From an uncultured Erysipelotrichaceae bacterium (GTDB taxonomy: Bacteria; Bacillota_I; Bacilli_A; Erysipelotrichales; Erysipelotrichaceae), in NCBI GenBank assembly GCA_942492995.1, contig OW818653.1, forward strand, positions 690,001-722,000: DNA of 32,000 nucleotides, written 5' to 3'. The notes under the pieces were generated by a model. That model saw nothing but the letters and a program-made list of their open reading frames with translations. It was not told the origin of the DNA and ran no database searches. The position numbers and the translations under genes were made by a program. Below, piece after piece: positions 17,676 through 25,309 of the stretch. Each line of letters opens with the position of its first letter. Within the stretch, counting starts at the first letter, position 1.

Positions 17676-19835
17676 TTATTTAAACTCAACTTCAATGACC
17701 TCATTGAGATTTAATGTTTGTCCAACTTCCACATTGCACGTAGTCGCTAAACCTTCACCGATAAAATTATACTTAACTCCAATTAATTCAAAATAAGCGA
17801 TTAAATCTTTTTTGTTTAATCCTACATAGTCAATCATCGTAAGATTTTGATAATCAGTTAATAAGAATAATGGTTGATTGCTTAGTATAGTATTCGTTTC
17901 TTTAGGATATTGATTAATAATCGTCTCACCTGTTCCTAACACATAAAGTTTATTCGATTTGTTCGATAAATCAGTTAATGCATAATCTATGCTGTGATTA
18001 ATATAGTTTTTCAACTGATAATCATCAATGGAAATCGTAACTTCTAAATTAGTCGCATCAGTTTGATCCTTACGATAATTGTTTACTAAAGCTACTTGTC
18101 GAATTAATTGTTTGATTGCGGTTGTTTCTACATGCGCATTATTATTCACTGGAGCTTTAAACGCATAATAAATCATAATTTCTGGATCATCTGCAGGCAA
18201 AGCTACAACAACCGAATAAATATACTCGTCTTTCGAATACGCTGAATCGACGATTAATTGAGCAGTCCCTGTTTTAGCCAAAATATCAACTTCATCAACT
18301 TTATAAAAACGTCCAGTTCCTGTTTCATAATTAACAACTAAGTTCATTAAATCTTGAACCTTTTGTGCTGTTTCAGGTTTTATCGCTTGTCCAATAACGG
18401 TAGTATCATTTTTCTCAATAATCTCGTTTGTTTTAGAGTTTATAACTTCTGACACAATATATGGTTTTACCATAATTCCTTCATTAAAAATCGCAGTATA
18501 CGCTTGTAATAATTGAGCCATATTAATCGATATACCTTGTCCGTATCCTACAGTTAATTTATCCAATGGCCATGTATAGTTAATCGAACCTATGGTCTCG
18601 CTCATATTTTCAATATTTACTTTATTTTCAAACCCAAAACGTACAAGATAATCCATAAACACATCCGCATCAAGATAATTAGTTAATAAACTCGCGACCC
18701 CAACGTTAGATGAATGAGCAAATCCAATGTCATAACTAATATTCCCCCAACTACGACTATTCGCATTACGAATTGAACCAATACTATTTGTACTACTCGA
18801 TAATCGAATCGCATCCCCATTTTTATCTAATCCTACAATAAATGTATTACTGTTAAATGTATCATTTCCTTGATAAACACCAGAATCAATCGCAGCCGCA
18901 TACGTAAATGCTTTTAGTGTTGAACCTGGTTCATATATTTTTTGTGTTAAATAACTTTGATATTCTGTTATATCTTTTTTATTTGGATCAAAACTAGGAT
19001 ATTGACCGGTTGCCAAGATTTTACCTGTTTTTACTTCCATAACTGTTCCCCAAACTTCATATGCACTATAGGTACTTTGTGTCATTAAAAAAGATGATTC
19101 TAATTGTTCTTGTATGGAACGATCAATTGTTAATATGACATTATAACCATCTTGAGGATTCACAATCTCTTCAGGATAGCCTGGCAATGAATAACCATAG
19201 CGATCCACAACCGCTACTTTATTTCCATCTTTACCGGCTAATAGTGTGTTATAACTTGCTTCGAGTCCCATCATACCGATTGTTTTAGTTTCTTCTTGAT
19301 TCACAAATCCAATTAAGTACGACGCAAAATGATTTAAAGGATAATATCGACTTAGTGTTTTAGAAAAACCAATCCCTGGTAATTCTAACGCTTCAATTTC
19401 TTCCTTTTCGACGAGACTTAAAGAACTTCCATATAGTCCAAATTCTGTTTGATATGAAGCACTAAGTAATCTTTCTTTAATATATTCAACTGGCGCATCC
19501 AGATAAACAGCTAAGCTTTGTGCAGTAGAATCCACATCTACGACATACGCTGGCTTATCTTTATACGAAGGACGTGAAGAATCTACAATCGCATAAATTG
19601 TATAAGTTTCATTATCTTGTGCGATTATTTCACCGTTGCGATCTAAAATATATCCTCGTTTTGCCTGTAATGTTTGATTTACTGTATTAACGTTCGCACT
19701 ATAAGCCTTTAAATCTGTTTGACTGTTAATATGAATTCCAACAATGCTCACGAAAAATAGGTTTATCGCAATTATGGATAACACTATTCCAATAATAAAT
19801 ATAGTAAAAAGAAGCATATTACGACTTCTTTTCAT
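17676..19835 (-). CDS. Class B penicillin-binding protein (FtsI/PBP2B/PBP2x-like, with C-terminal PASTA-like repeats), 719 aa
   Basis: N-terminal TM segment, transpeptidase motifs STLK, SSN and KTGT, and its position between ftsL and mraY. Start moved to the ATG at 19835, with AAAGGTGA upstream; the track's start at 19844 is a GTG inside that SD. Confidence 0.88.
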   Translation of the reverse strand: MKRSRNMLLFTIFIIGIVLSIIAINLFFVSIVGIHINSQTDLKAYSANVNTVNQTLQAKRGYILDRNGEIIAQDNETYTIYAIVDSSRPSYKDKPAYVVDVDSTAQSLAVYLDAPVEYIKERLLSASYQTEFGLYGSSLSLVEKEEIEALELPGIGFSKTLSRYYPLNHFASYLIGFVNQEETKTIGMMGLEASYNTLLAGKDGNKVAVVDRYGYSLPGYPEEIVNPQDGYNVILTIDRSIQEQLESSFLMTQSTYSAYEVWGTVMEVKTGKILATGQYPSFDPNKKDITEYQSYLTQKIYEPGSTLKAFTYAAAIDSGVYQGNDTFNSNTFIVGLDKNGDAIRLSSSTNSIGSIRNANSRSWGNISYDIGFAHSSNVGVASLLTNYLDADVFMDYLVRFGFENKVNIENMSETIGSINYTWPLDKLTVGYGQGISINMAQLLQAYTAIFNEGIMVKPYIVSEVINSKTNEIIEKNDTTVIGQAIKPETAQKVQDLMNLVVNYETGTGRFYKVDEVDILAKTGTAQLIVDSAYSKDEYIYSVVVALPADDPEIMIYYAFKAPVNNNAHVETTAIKQLIRQVALVNNYRKDQTDATNLEVTISIDDYQLKNYINHSIDYALTDLSNKSNKLYVLGTGETIINQYPKETNTILSNQPLFLLTDYQNLTMIDYVGLNKKDLIAYFELIGVKYNFIGEGLATTCNVEVGQTLNLNEVIEVEFK

Positions 19836-19836
19836 G

Positions 19837-20142
19837 TTATTCACCTTTAGTAATCATCACAACATTCTCTTGATTGACACTTAATCCAGCATCTGTCGCA
19901 ATCGCCATTACGCGTTCTTTACTACTCAATGACTGTATTTCTACATTAAGCACTTCATTCGACTGTTCGAGTAAAACGATTTCATTTCTTACACTTTGTA
20001 TGGAAACACTTAATTGCACATTATATGCTCTTAGGAAAATCGAAGAAGCTATAAAAGAAATCAGCGCAAATGTAAACGCAAGGATAAGTACACCTTGTAA
20101 CTTAATATGTTTACGTTTAATGCGCGTAATTTTCTTTGCCAT
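19837..20142 (-). CDS. ftsL: Cell division protein FtsL
   Basis: 101 aa with a basic N-terminus, a single TM segment and then a coiled-coil-like segment. Canonical position between rsmH and the PBP gene. Confidence 0.8.
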   Translation of the reverse strand: MAKKITRIKRKHIKLQGVLILAFTFALISFIASSIFLRAYNVQLSVSIQSVRNEIVLLEQSNEVLNVEIQSLSSKERVMAIATDAGLSVNQENVVMITKGE

Positions 20143-20144
20143 AC

Positions 20145-21065
20145 TTATCTCTTTCTTATCGCTCTTAATTTTGCGGAATGTGCTCTTGGATTCTGATTTA
20201 ATTCCTCTTCTGTTGATGTAATTGCTTTTTTAGTGATTAATTCATAATCAGCTAATGGTAAATTCTGGAGTGGTATTTTAGCTGGTACTTCGATAACACT
20301 TAGTTTGGTAAAATATTGTTTCACGATACGATCTTCTAATGAATGGAACGTTAATATGACGAGACGACCATTTGGATTTAATAGTTGTGTTGCTTGATCT
20401 AATACAGATTTAAGAACTTCTAATTCCTGATTAACTTCTATTCTTATAGCCTGAAATACTTGTTTAGCAGGATGTCCTTTTTGTTTAAGAACTTTACTTG
20501 GATAAGCGCTACGAATGATATCAACTAATTCAAAGCTTGTTTCAATTGGTTTAATTGCTCGTTGTTTTTCAATGTTACGTGCAATCTGTTTCGCAAACTT
20601 TTCTTCTCCATAAACGTGGAAGATATACATTAACTTCTCGAATGGATAATGATTAATAACTTGATAAGCATCTAAGCTTTGATTCAAATCCATACGCATA
20701 TCGAGTTTTGTATCGAAACGATAACTGAACCCTCTACTTGGATCATCAAATTGTGGTGATGATACCCCTAAATCCAATAGAATTCCGTCAACTTGTTTAA
20801 ATCCATGATTATCTAACTCTTGATTTAAATGTGTAAAGTTTGATTTTATGATTGTCATCTTATTTGGATATTCTTGACTTAATAGATTCGCTGTTTCAAT
20901 CGCTCGTTCATCTTGATCAAATACAACTAAGTGACCTGTTGTTAATTGATTAAGAATTGCTGTACTATGTCCACCTCGTCCAAATGTACAATCAACATAA
21001 ATTCCATCTGCTTTAATATCTAATGCTTCAATCACTTCATGAAGCATGATTGGTAAGTGTTCCAT
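20145..21065 (-). CDS. rsmH: 16S rRNA (cytosine1402-N4)-methyltransferase RsmH
   Basis: 306 aa with the motifs HEVIEAL, YVDCTFGRGGHS, DLGVSSPQ and FHSLEDR. Confidence 0.93.
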   Translation of the reverse strand: MEHLPIMLHEVIEALDIKADGIYVDCTFGRGGHSTAILNQLTTGHLVVFDQDERAIETANLLSQEYPNKMTIIKSNFTHLNQELDNHGFKQVDGILLDLGVSSPQFDDPSRGFSYRFDTKLDMRMDLNQSLDAYQVINHYPFEKLMYIFHVYGEEKFAKQIARNIEKQRAIKPIETSFELVDIIRSAYPSKVLKQKGHPAKQVFQAIRIEVNQELEVLKSVLDQATQLLNPNGRLVILTFHSLEDRIVKQYFTKLSVIEVPAKIPLQNLPLADYELITKKAITSTEEELNQNPRAHSAKLRAIRKR

Positions 21066-21066
21066 A

Positions 21067-21498
21067 CTACTTCACATACTCCGTTAACTGTTCCGCAATT
21101 TCTTCAAATGAAGCACTTGCGTTAGCGTAATAAGTATCCCAACGATCGCTTGACCAGATTTCCAAATGATCCACAACTCCAATCACTACGCATTCTTTAT
21201 CAATCGCGGCTTCTTGGATTAAACTATTTGGGATTAAGACACGTCCTTGACCATCAAATTCACATTCTGCAGCTTTCGCTACTAACATATGTACATACAT
21301 GCGGGATTCACGTTTAGTGTTCGGTAAGCTTCTTAATTCGTTTAAGATCTTTTCCCATTGTTGGTGAGTGTAACCAGTGATACAGCCATCAAGACCACGT
21401 GTAAGGATAATACTATTTCCCAACTCCTCACGAAAACGAGCCGGAATGATTATTCTTCCTTTACTGTCTGTGTTGTGACGATATTCACCCATTAACAT
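21067..21498 (-). CDS. mraZ: Transcriptional regulator MraZ, 143 aa
   Basis: MLMGEYRHNTDSKGRIIIPARFR plus a second SpoVT/AbrB-like repeat (DGQGRVLIP). Start moved from 21519 to the ATG at 21498. Confidence 0.9.
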   Translation of the reverse strand: MLMGEYRHNTDSKGRIIIPARFREELGNSIILTRGLDGCITGYTHQQWEKILNELRSLPNTKRESRMYVHMLVAKAAECEFDGQGRVLIPNSLIQEAAIDKECVVIGVVDHLEIWSSDRWDTYYANASASFEEIAEQLTEYVK

Positions 21499-21504
21499 AG
21501 ATTC

Positions 21505-21546
21505 ACCACTTTTACCCACAATATGACACTTTCTACCACCATTATA
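21505..21546 (-). promoter_or_regulatory. mra promoter -10 box plus a four-repeat MraZ operator
   Basis: The minus strand has TATAAT (21546-21541), then GTGGT (21539-21535), GTGTC (21529-21525), GTGGG (21519-21515) and GTGGT (21509-21505), at an exact 10-bp period. Two repeats sit in AAAGTG(T/G) context. This matches the published MraZ-box architecture of 5-nt repeats with 5-nt spacers. Confidence 0.65.
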
Positions 21547-21560
21547 TTCCTATGTCCCAT

Positions 21561-21598
21561 AAAATAAAAGAGATTTTATCTAATTTGATAAAATCTCT
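21561..21598 (-). terminator. Second (distal) intrinsic terminator after rpmF
   Basis: A perfect 12-bp stem AGAGAUUUUAUC/GAUAAAAUCUCU with a 6-nt loop, followed on the minus strand by UUUAUUUU. Confidence 0.7.
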
Positions 21599-21607
21599 AA
21601 TTGATTA

Positions 21608-21631
21608 AATAAAAAAAGCGATATTCGCTTC
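21608..21631 (-). terminator. First intrinsic terminator immediately after rpmF
   Basis: The minus-strand RNA reads AAGCGA-AUA-UCGCUU followed by UUUUU, starting 2 nt after the rpmF stop. Confidence 0.7.
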
Positions 21632-21632
21632 T

Positions 21633-21791
21633 TTATTTACTTTCGTAATGTCCGCATGCTTCACAAACATGATGAGGCAATTTATACTCACCACATGAAG
21701 GACACTTCACCATAGTCGGTGCAGCCAACTTATAATGCGTTCTACGTTTTGCTTTTCTTGTTTTAGAAACACGTCTTTGTTGTACAGCCAT
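21633..21791 (-). CDS. rpmF: 50S ribosomal protein L32, 52 aa
   Basis: Below the ORF-track size cutoff. My translation is [52 protein letters not shown], with a zinc-ribbon CxxC...CxxC. A strong RBS GAGGAGGTG precedes it, and it lies directly downstream of yceD as usual. Confidence 0.93.
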   Translation of the reverse strand: MAVQQRRVSKTRKAKRRTHYKLAAPTMVKCPSCGEYKLPHHVCEACGHYESK

Positions 21792-21794
21792 GAA

Positions 21795-22319
21795 TCACAC
21801 CTCCTCATCATCTTGTGCTTTGTACTCCAAGATTTTTGATAATCTTGGATCAGTCTTTTGATATCTGCGACGTCCAAATTCCTCTTCACTCAAAACTTCC
21901 CAACCATCCCCTGAAGGTAATTCTTTTATTCTTGGCGATATGACGACGGGTGGAACTTCTAACCAGATTAATCCTAAGATTTCTGGGTCAAAATCCAACA
22001 CTTCACCTTCTACCGGAATAATATCAGAATCATCATCGACAGGTTCAAAGCTATAAACAAGTTTTGACTTCGTCTTAAATGAAATAGGAACATCCACAAA
22101 ACTAATCGAACAAGGAACAATCATCTTCCCTTTTACTTTAAGATTCGCAATCAATAGATTTGAATGCTCGTCATAACTCAGTTTTGCGACACCCTTACAC
22201 TCTTCAATTCGACGTATATTCATATACGTTGGAATCTCATCTTGTGTAAAGTTTAAGCTTAGTTGGATCTCTTCACCTTCCATTGGAAGTCTCTGACAAT
22301 CACGTTTCGCCCATTTCAT
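21795..22319 (-). CDS. yceD: DUF177 / YceD-family protein (large-subunit rRNA accumulation protein), 174 aa
   Basis: Acidic protein immediately upstream of rpmF, the conserved yceD(ylbN)-rpmF pair. Start moved to the ATG at 22319 (MKWAKRD), with AAGGTGA upstream; the track's start is a GTG inside that SD. Confidence 0.75.
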   Translation of the reverse strand: MKWAKRDCQRLPMEGEEIQLSLNFTQDEIPTYMNIRRIEECKGVAKLSYDEHSNLLIANLKVKGKMIVPCSISFVDVPISFKTKSKLVYSFEPVDDDSDIIPVEGEVLDFDPEILGLIWLEVPPVVISPRIKELPSGDGWEVLSEEEFGRRRYQKTDPRLSKILEYKAQDDEEV

Positions 22320-22346
22320 AAAAATCACCTTTTCGTCAACGGACTT

Positions 22347-22375
22347 ATTATAAAGATAAACCTTATAAAAGTCAA
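22347..22375 (-). promoter_or_regulatory. Near-consensus sigma-A promoter for yceD-rpmF
   Basis: On the minus strand: TTGACT (22375-22370), a 17-nt spacer, then TATAAT (22352-22347). Confidence 0.65.
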
Positions 22376-22377
22376 CG

Positions 22378-23298
22378 CTAATTCACGTTTACGACATTAT
22401 TCAACCATTTCACAACATCTTCAATCACTTCATTTTGCTTAATATCGTTTAGTATTTCATGTCGACAATCTTTTACTAATCGATACTCCACGTTATTATA
22501 CCCTAATTCGCCTAATCGGTGTGCAGCTCTTTCTAAGCCATTTGGTAAGAAACATGGATCAAACTCACCACTAACGAAATGGATTGGTAAATTTGGATTA
22601 ATAACGTTCCAACCATCCCCATGATAGACTTCATTAATACCGCCTAACATATCGACATAGGCTTGTGTTGTGAAGTCATAGCCACATAAAGGATCTTCAT
22701 TGTATTTCCGAACATTATCTTCGTCTACACTTAACCAATCATTACTTGTTTTAGGATTTTTAACCGATTTATTAAAACTTCCAAACGATAATTTTGTCAT
22801 GAGTGGAGACGCATGTTTTTTACCGTTTACAGCTCGTATTACTTTCGCAAGGGTTAATCCCATGCTTGCCATAGGACTTTCATCAGGTGAACCACTTAGA
22901 TATAAGCCCGATAATTCATTACCATATTTCTTTAAATATGAGCGTGCAACTAAGCTTCCCATACTATGACCAAATAGAATGAATGGTACATTCTTTGGCT
23001 TTAACATGGTAATTATCGCATGTAGATCATCAAGATTCTTATGCCATCCATCTTCATCCGCAAAGTATCCTTTTAATTTCCCATCAAATAAACTTTCACC
23101 ATGTCCACGATGATCAATCGTTAATACATTAAATCCATTATCATTTAATATATGTGCGAATTTTTGGTATCTCAATTGATGTTCAGCCATACCATGAAAG
23201 ATACAAATAAATGCTTTTGGATTCGGTATTTGGTAATAATACGCTTTTAATTTTTGCGCATCAAATTCAGATGTATAGATTATTTCTTGAACAGGCAT
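22378..23298 (-). CDS. Alpha/beta hydrolase (lysophospholipase / monoacylglycerol lipase-like), 306 aa
   Basis: Has the oxyanion HG (IFHGMAEH), the nucleophile elbow GHSMGS, and a C-terminal Asp/His region (SGEFDP...CRHE). Start moved to the ATG at 23298, with GAGGA 6 nt upstream. Confidence 0.8.
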   Translation of the reverse strand: MPVQEIIYTSEFDAQKLKAYYYQIPNPKAFICIFHGMAEHQLRYQKFAHILNDNGFNVLTIDHRGHGESLFDGKLKGYFADEDGWHKNLDDLHAIITMLKPKNVPFILFGHSMGSLVARSYLKKYGNELSGLYLSGSPDESPMASMGLTLAKVIRAVNGKKHASPLMTKLSFGSFNKSVKNPKTSNDWLSVDEDNVRKYNEDPLCGYDFTTQAYVDMLGGINEVYHGDGWNVINPNLPIHFVSGEFDPCFLPNGLERAAHRLGELGYNNVEYRLVKDCRHEILNDIKQNEVIEDVVKWLNNVVNVN

Positions 23299-23354
23299 AT
23301 CATATCCTCGCTTAAGTTCATCATACACCATATCTAGTTAATAGTTAAAGCCTA

Positions 23355-23363
23355 TGTTATAGT
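23355..23363 (+). promoter_or_regulatory. Extended -10 box 7 nt upstream of the tmcAL ATG (possible leaderless start)
   Basis: TGtTATAGT at 23355-23363, then aatttac, then the ATG at 23371. No SD. Confidence 0.45.
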
Positions 23364-23370
23364 AATTTAC

Positions 23371-24486
23371 ATGAAAATAGCTGGAATAATTGTTGAATAT
23401 AACCCTTTGCACAATGGTCATCTCTACCACATTCAAAAGACGCGTGAATTAACGAACTGCGATTTGTTGATTTGTGTCATGAGTGGCCATTTTGTACAAC
23501 GAGGTGAACCTACAATCATTAATAAATGGATACGTACAGAAAACGCATTAAACAGTGGTATAGACCTTGTTTTAGAGTTACCCTACCCATTTGTTGTACA
23601 AAGTGCTAAACACTTCGCAAATGCGGCTGTGCGCATTCTAGAGCTTGCTGGATGTACTGATATCGTGTTTGGAAGTGAAAGTAATGACATTGAGAGTTTG
23701 AAACTTATGGCTGAATTACCAATCAATGTGGATGGACTAAAAGAAAACCTAAATATGGGTATGGGCTATCCAAAAGCATATGGTCTTGTTCAAGGTTCTT
23801 TTCATCCAAATGATATTCTAGGTATTGCGTATATGAAGGCAATTAGTGAAACAAACATAACCGCACATTGTATCCAACGTACAAATCATTATCATGATGA
23901 AACATTAAATCATAGTATCGCAAGCGCCACCGCAATCCGTAAAGCGTTACTTGATAAAAAAGATGTTAGTGCATATACGCCTATGGCAATTGAATTATCC
24001 AATAATAAGAATATTAACTGGGAAGATTACTTTGATTATCTTAAAACGAAATTACTGACTATAAATAAAGATGATCTCCAAACCATATTCCTTATGGATG
24101 AAGGCTTAGAAAATCACTTTAAGAAACAAATCAAACAATCAAATACCTTTGAAGAATTCATGCAGAATTGTATTGGTAGACGCTACACTAGAGCTCGTAT
24201 TCAAAGAGCTTGTGTACATTTATTAACGCATACGAAACGTACAGATATCCCAAACATTCATTCATTGAATAGTATTCGTGTCTTAGGATTTAATCAACTG
24301 GGTCAAAATTACCTAAAGACATTGCGTGAAGAAACAGTCAAAGTTGCGTCACGATTTAATCAATACCCTCTAAATTTAAGAGAAATAGAATTAAAGGCAA
24401 CCCAAGCTTATGCGTATGCGGTAGATAAAGAAACAAGAAATAGATTGATTCAACGCGAAATTGAAGGACCTGTTATACATAAATAA
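23371..24486 (+). CDS. tmcAL: tRNA(Met) cytidine acetate ligase TmcAL (YlbM/UPF0348 family)
   Basis: 371 aa. The N-terminal nucleotidyltransferase motif IIVEYNPLHNGHLYH aligns with the YlbM N-terminus. Neighbourhood with ylbN(yceD)-rpmF as in Bacillus. Confidence 0.85.
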   Translation: MKIAGIIVEYNPLHNGHLYHIQKTRELTNCDLLICVMSGHFVQRGEPTIINKWIRTENALNSGIDLVLELPYPFVVQSAKHFANAAVRILELAGCTDIVFGSESNDIESLKLMAELPINVDGLKENLNMGMGYPKAYGLVQGSFHPNDILGIAYMKAISETNITAHCIQRTNHYHDETLNHSIASATAIRKALLDKKDVSAYTPMAIELSNNKNINWEDYFDYLKTKLLTINKDDLQTIFLMDEGLENHFKKQIKQSNTFEEFMQNCIGRRYTRARIQRACVHLLTHTKRTDIPNIHSLNSIRVLGFNQLGQNYLKTLREETVKVASRFNQYPLNLREIELKATQAYAYAVDKETRNRLIQREIEGPVIHK

Positions 24487-24493
24487 TTAACAC

Positions 24494-24524
24494 AAAGATC
24501 TAAGCAATTGCCTAGATCTTTTTA
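24494..24524. terminator. Bidirectional terminator between tmcAL (+) and yebC (-)
   Basis: AAAGATCTAAGC-AATT-GCCTAGATCTTTTT is a 10-bp stem with one mismatch, flanked by A and T runs. Confidence 0.7.
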
Positions 24525-24550
24525 AATCATTTAATTAAATAAATATATTA

Positions 24551-25270
24551 CTAATCTTCATCTACATTATGGTATACGTTTTGAACATCATCTAATTCAT
24601 CAATCATCGTCATGAAACGATTAAATAAATCCGCATCATCGCCTGTTAGTTTAACTGTGTCATGTGGAACCATAGTAGTTTCTAATGCACTAAATTCTAC
24701 TTCAGGAATGATTGTTTCAATAGCAGTTTTTGCCTTATACAAATCATTTGGATGAACCGTTACGTTAATTGTTTCATCTTCTTTTTCGACATCCACTACA
24801 TCGACATCATGTTCGATTAATGTGTCTAGGATTTGTTCCTCATTGTCATACACAAACGCTAATATACCAATGTGATCGTATAAATGAGATACCGAACCCG
24901 ATACACCAAATTTCGATTTTGTTTTAGTAAAACAATTACGTACATCACTAACTGTACGATTAACATTATCCGTTAAACAATCTACGATTAAAGTACAGTT
25001 ACCAGGTCCATAACCTTCATAACGTACACTAGAATAACTATCTTCGGCACCACCCTTAGCTTTATCTATCGCACGTTTAATTACGTCTGCAGGCACTTGA
25101 TTCGCCTTTGCACGTTCAATCATGCGTTTTAAGCCTTGGTTCATTTCTGGATCAGGAATCCCAGCTTTAGCCGCAATAAATAATTCTTTACCAAATCTTG
25201 AATAAATCTTAGTCTTTGAGGCATTCGTTTTTTCTCTTGCCTTTTTTCTTACTTCAAATGCGCGTCCCAT
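24551..25270 (-). CDS. yebC: YebC/PmpR-family DNA-binding regulatory protein
   Basis: 239 aa with the family signature MGRAFEVRKKAREKT...AKANQVPADVIKRAIDKAKG. RBS AAAGGTGGTG. Confidence 0.9.
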   Translation of the reverse strand: MGRAFEVRKKAREKTNASKTKIYSRFGKELFIAAKAGIPDPEMNQGLKRMIERAKANQVPADVIKRAIDKAKGGAEDSYSSVRYEGYGPGNCTLIVDCLTDNVNRTVSDVRNCFTKTKSKFGVSGSVSHLYDHIGILAFVYDNEEQILDTLIEHDVDVVDVEKEDETINVTVHPNDLYKAKTAIETIIPEVEFSALETTMVPHDTVKLTGDDADLFNRFMTMIDELDDVQNVYHNVDED

Positions 25271-25309
25271 GTGTGCACCACCTTTATATTACTAATACCA
25301 CATCTAATT

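Noticed and set aside
21707-21889. 60-aa minus-strand ORF spanning the yceD/rpmF junction
   Set aside because: It is an alternative frame overlapping the real rpmF (21633-21791, strong RBS, canonical L32 sequence) and the yceD 3' end.
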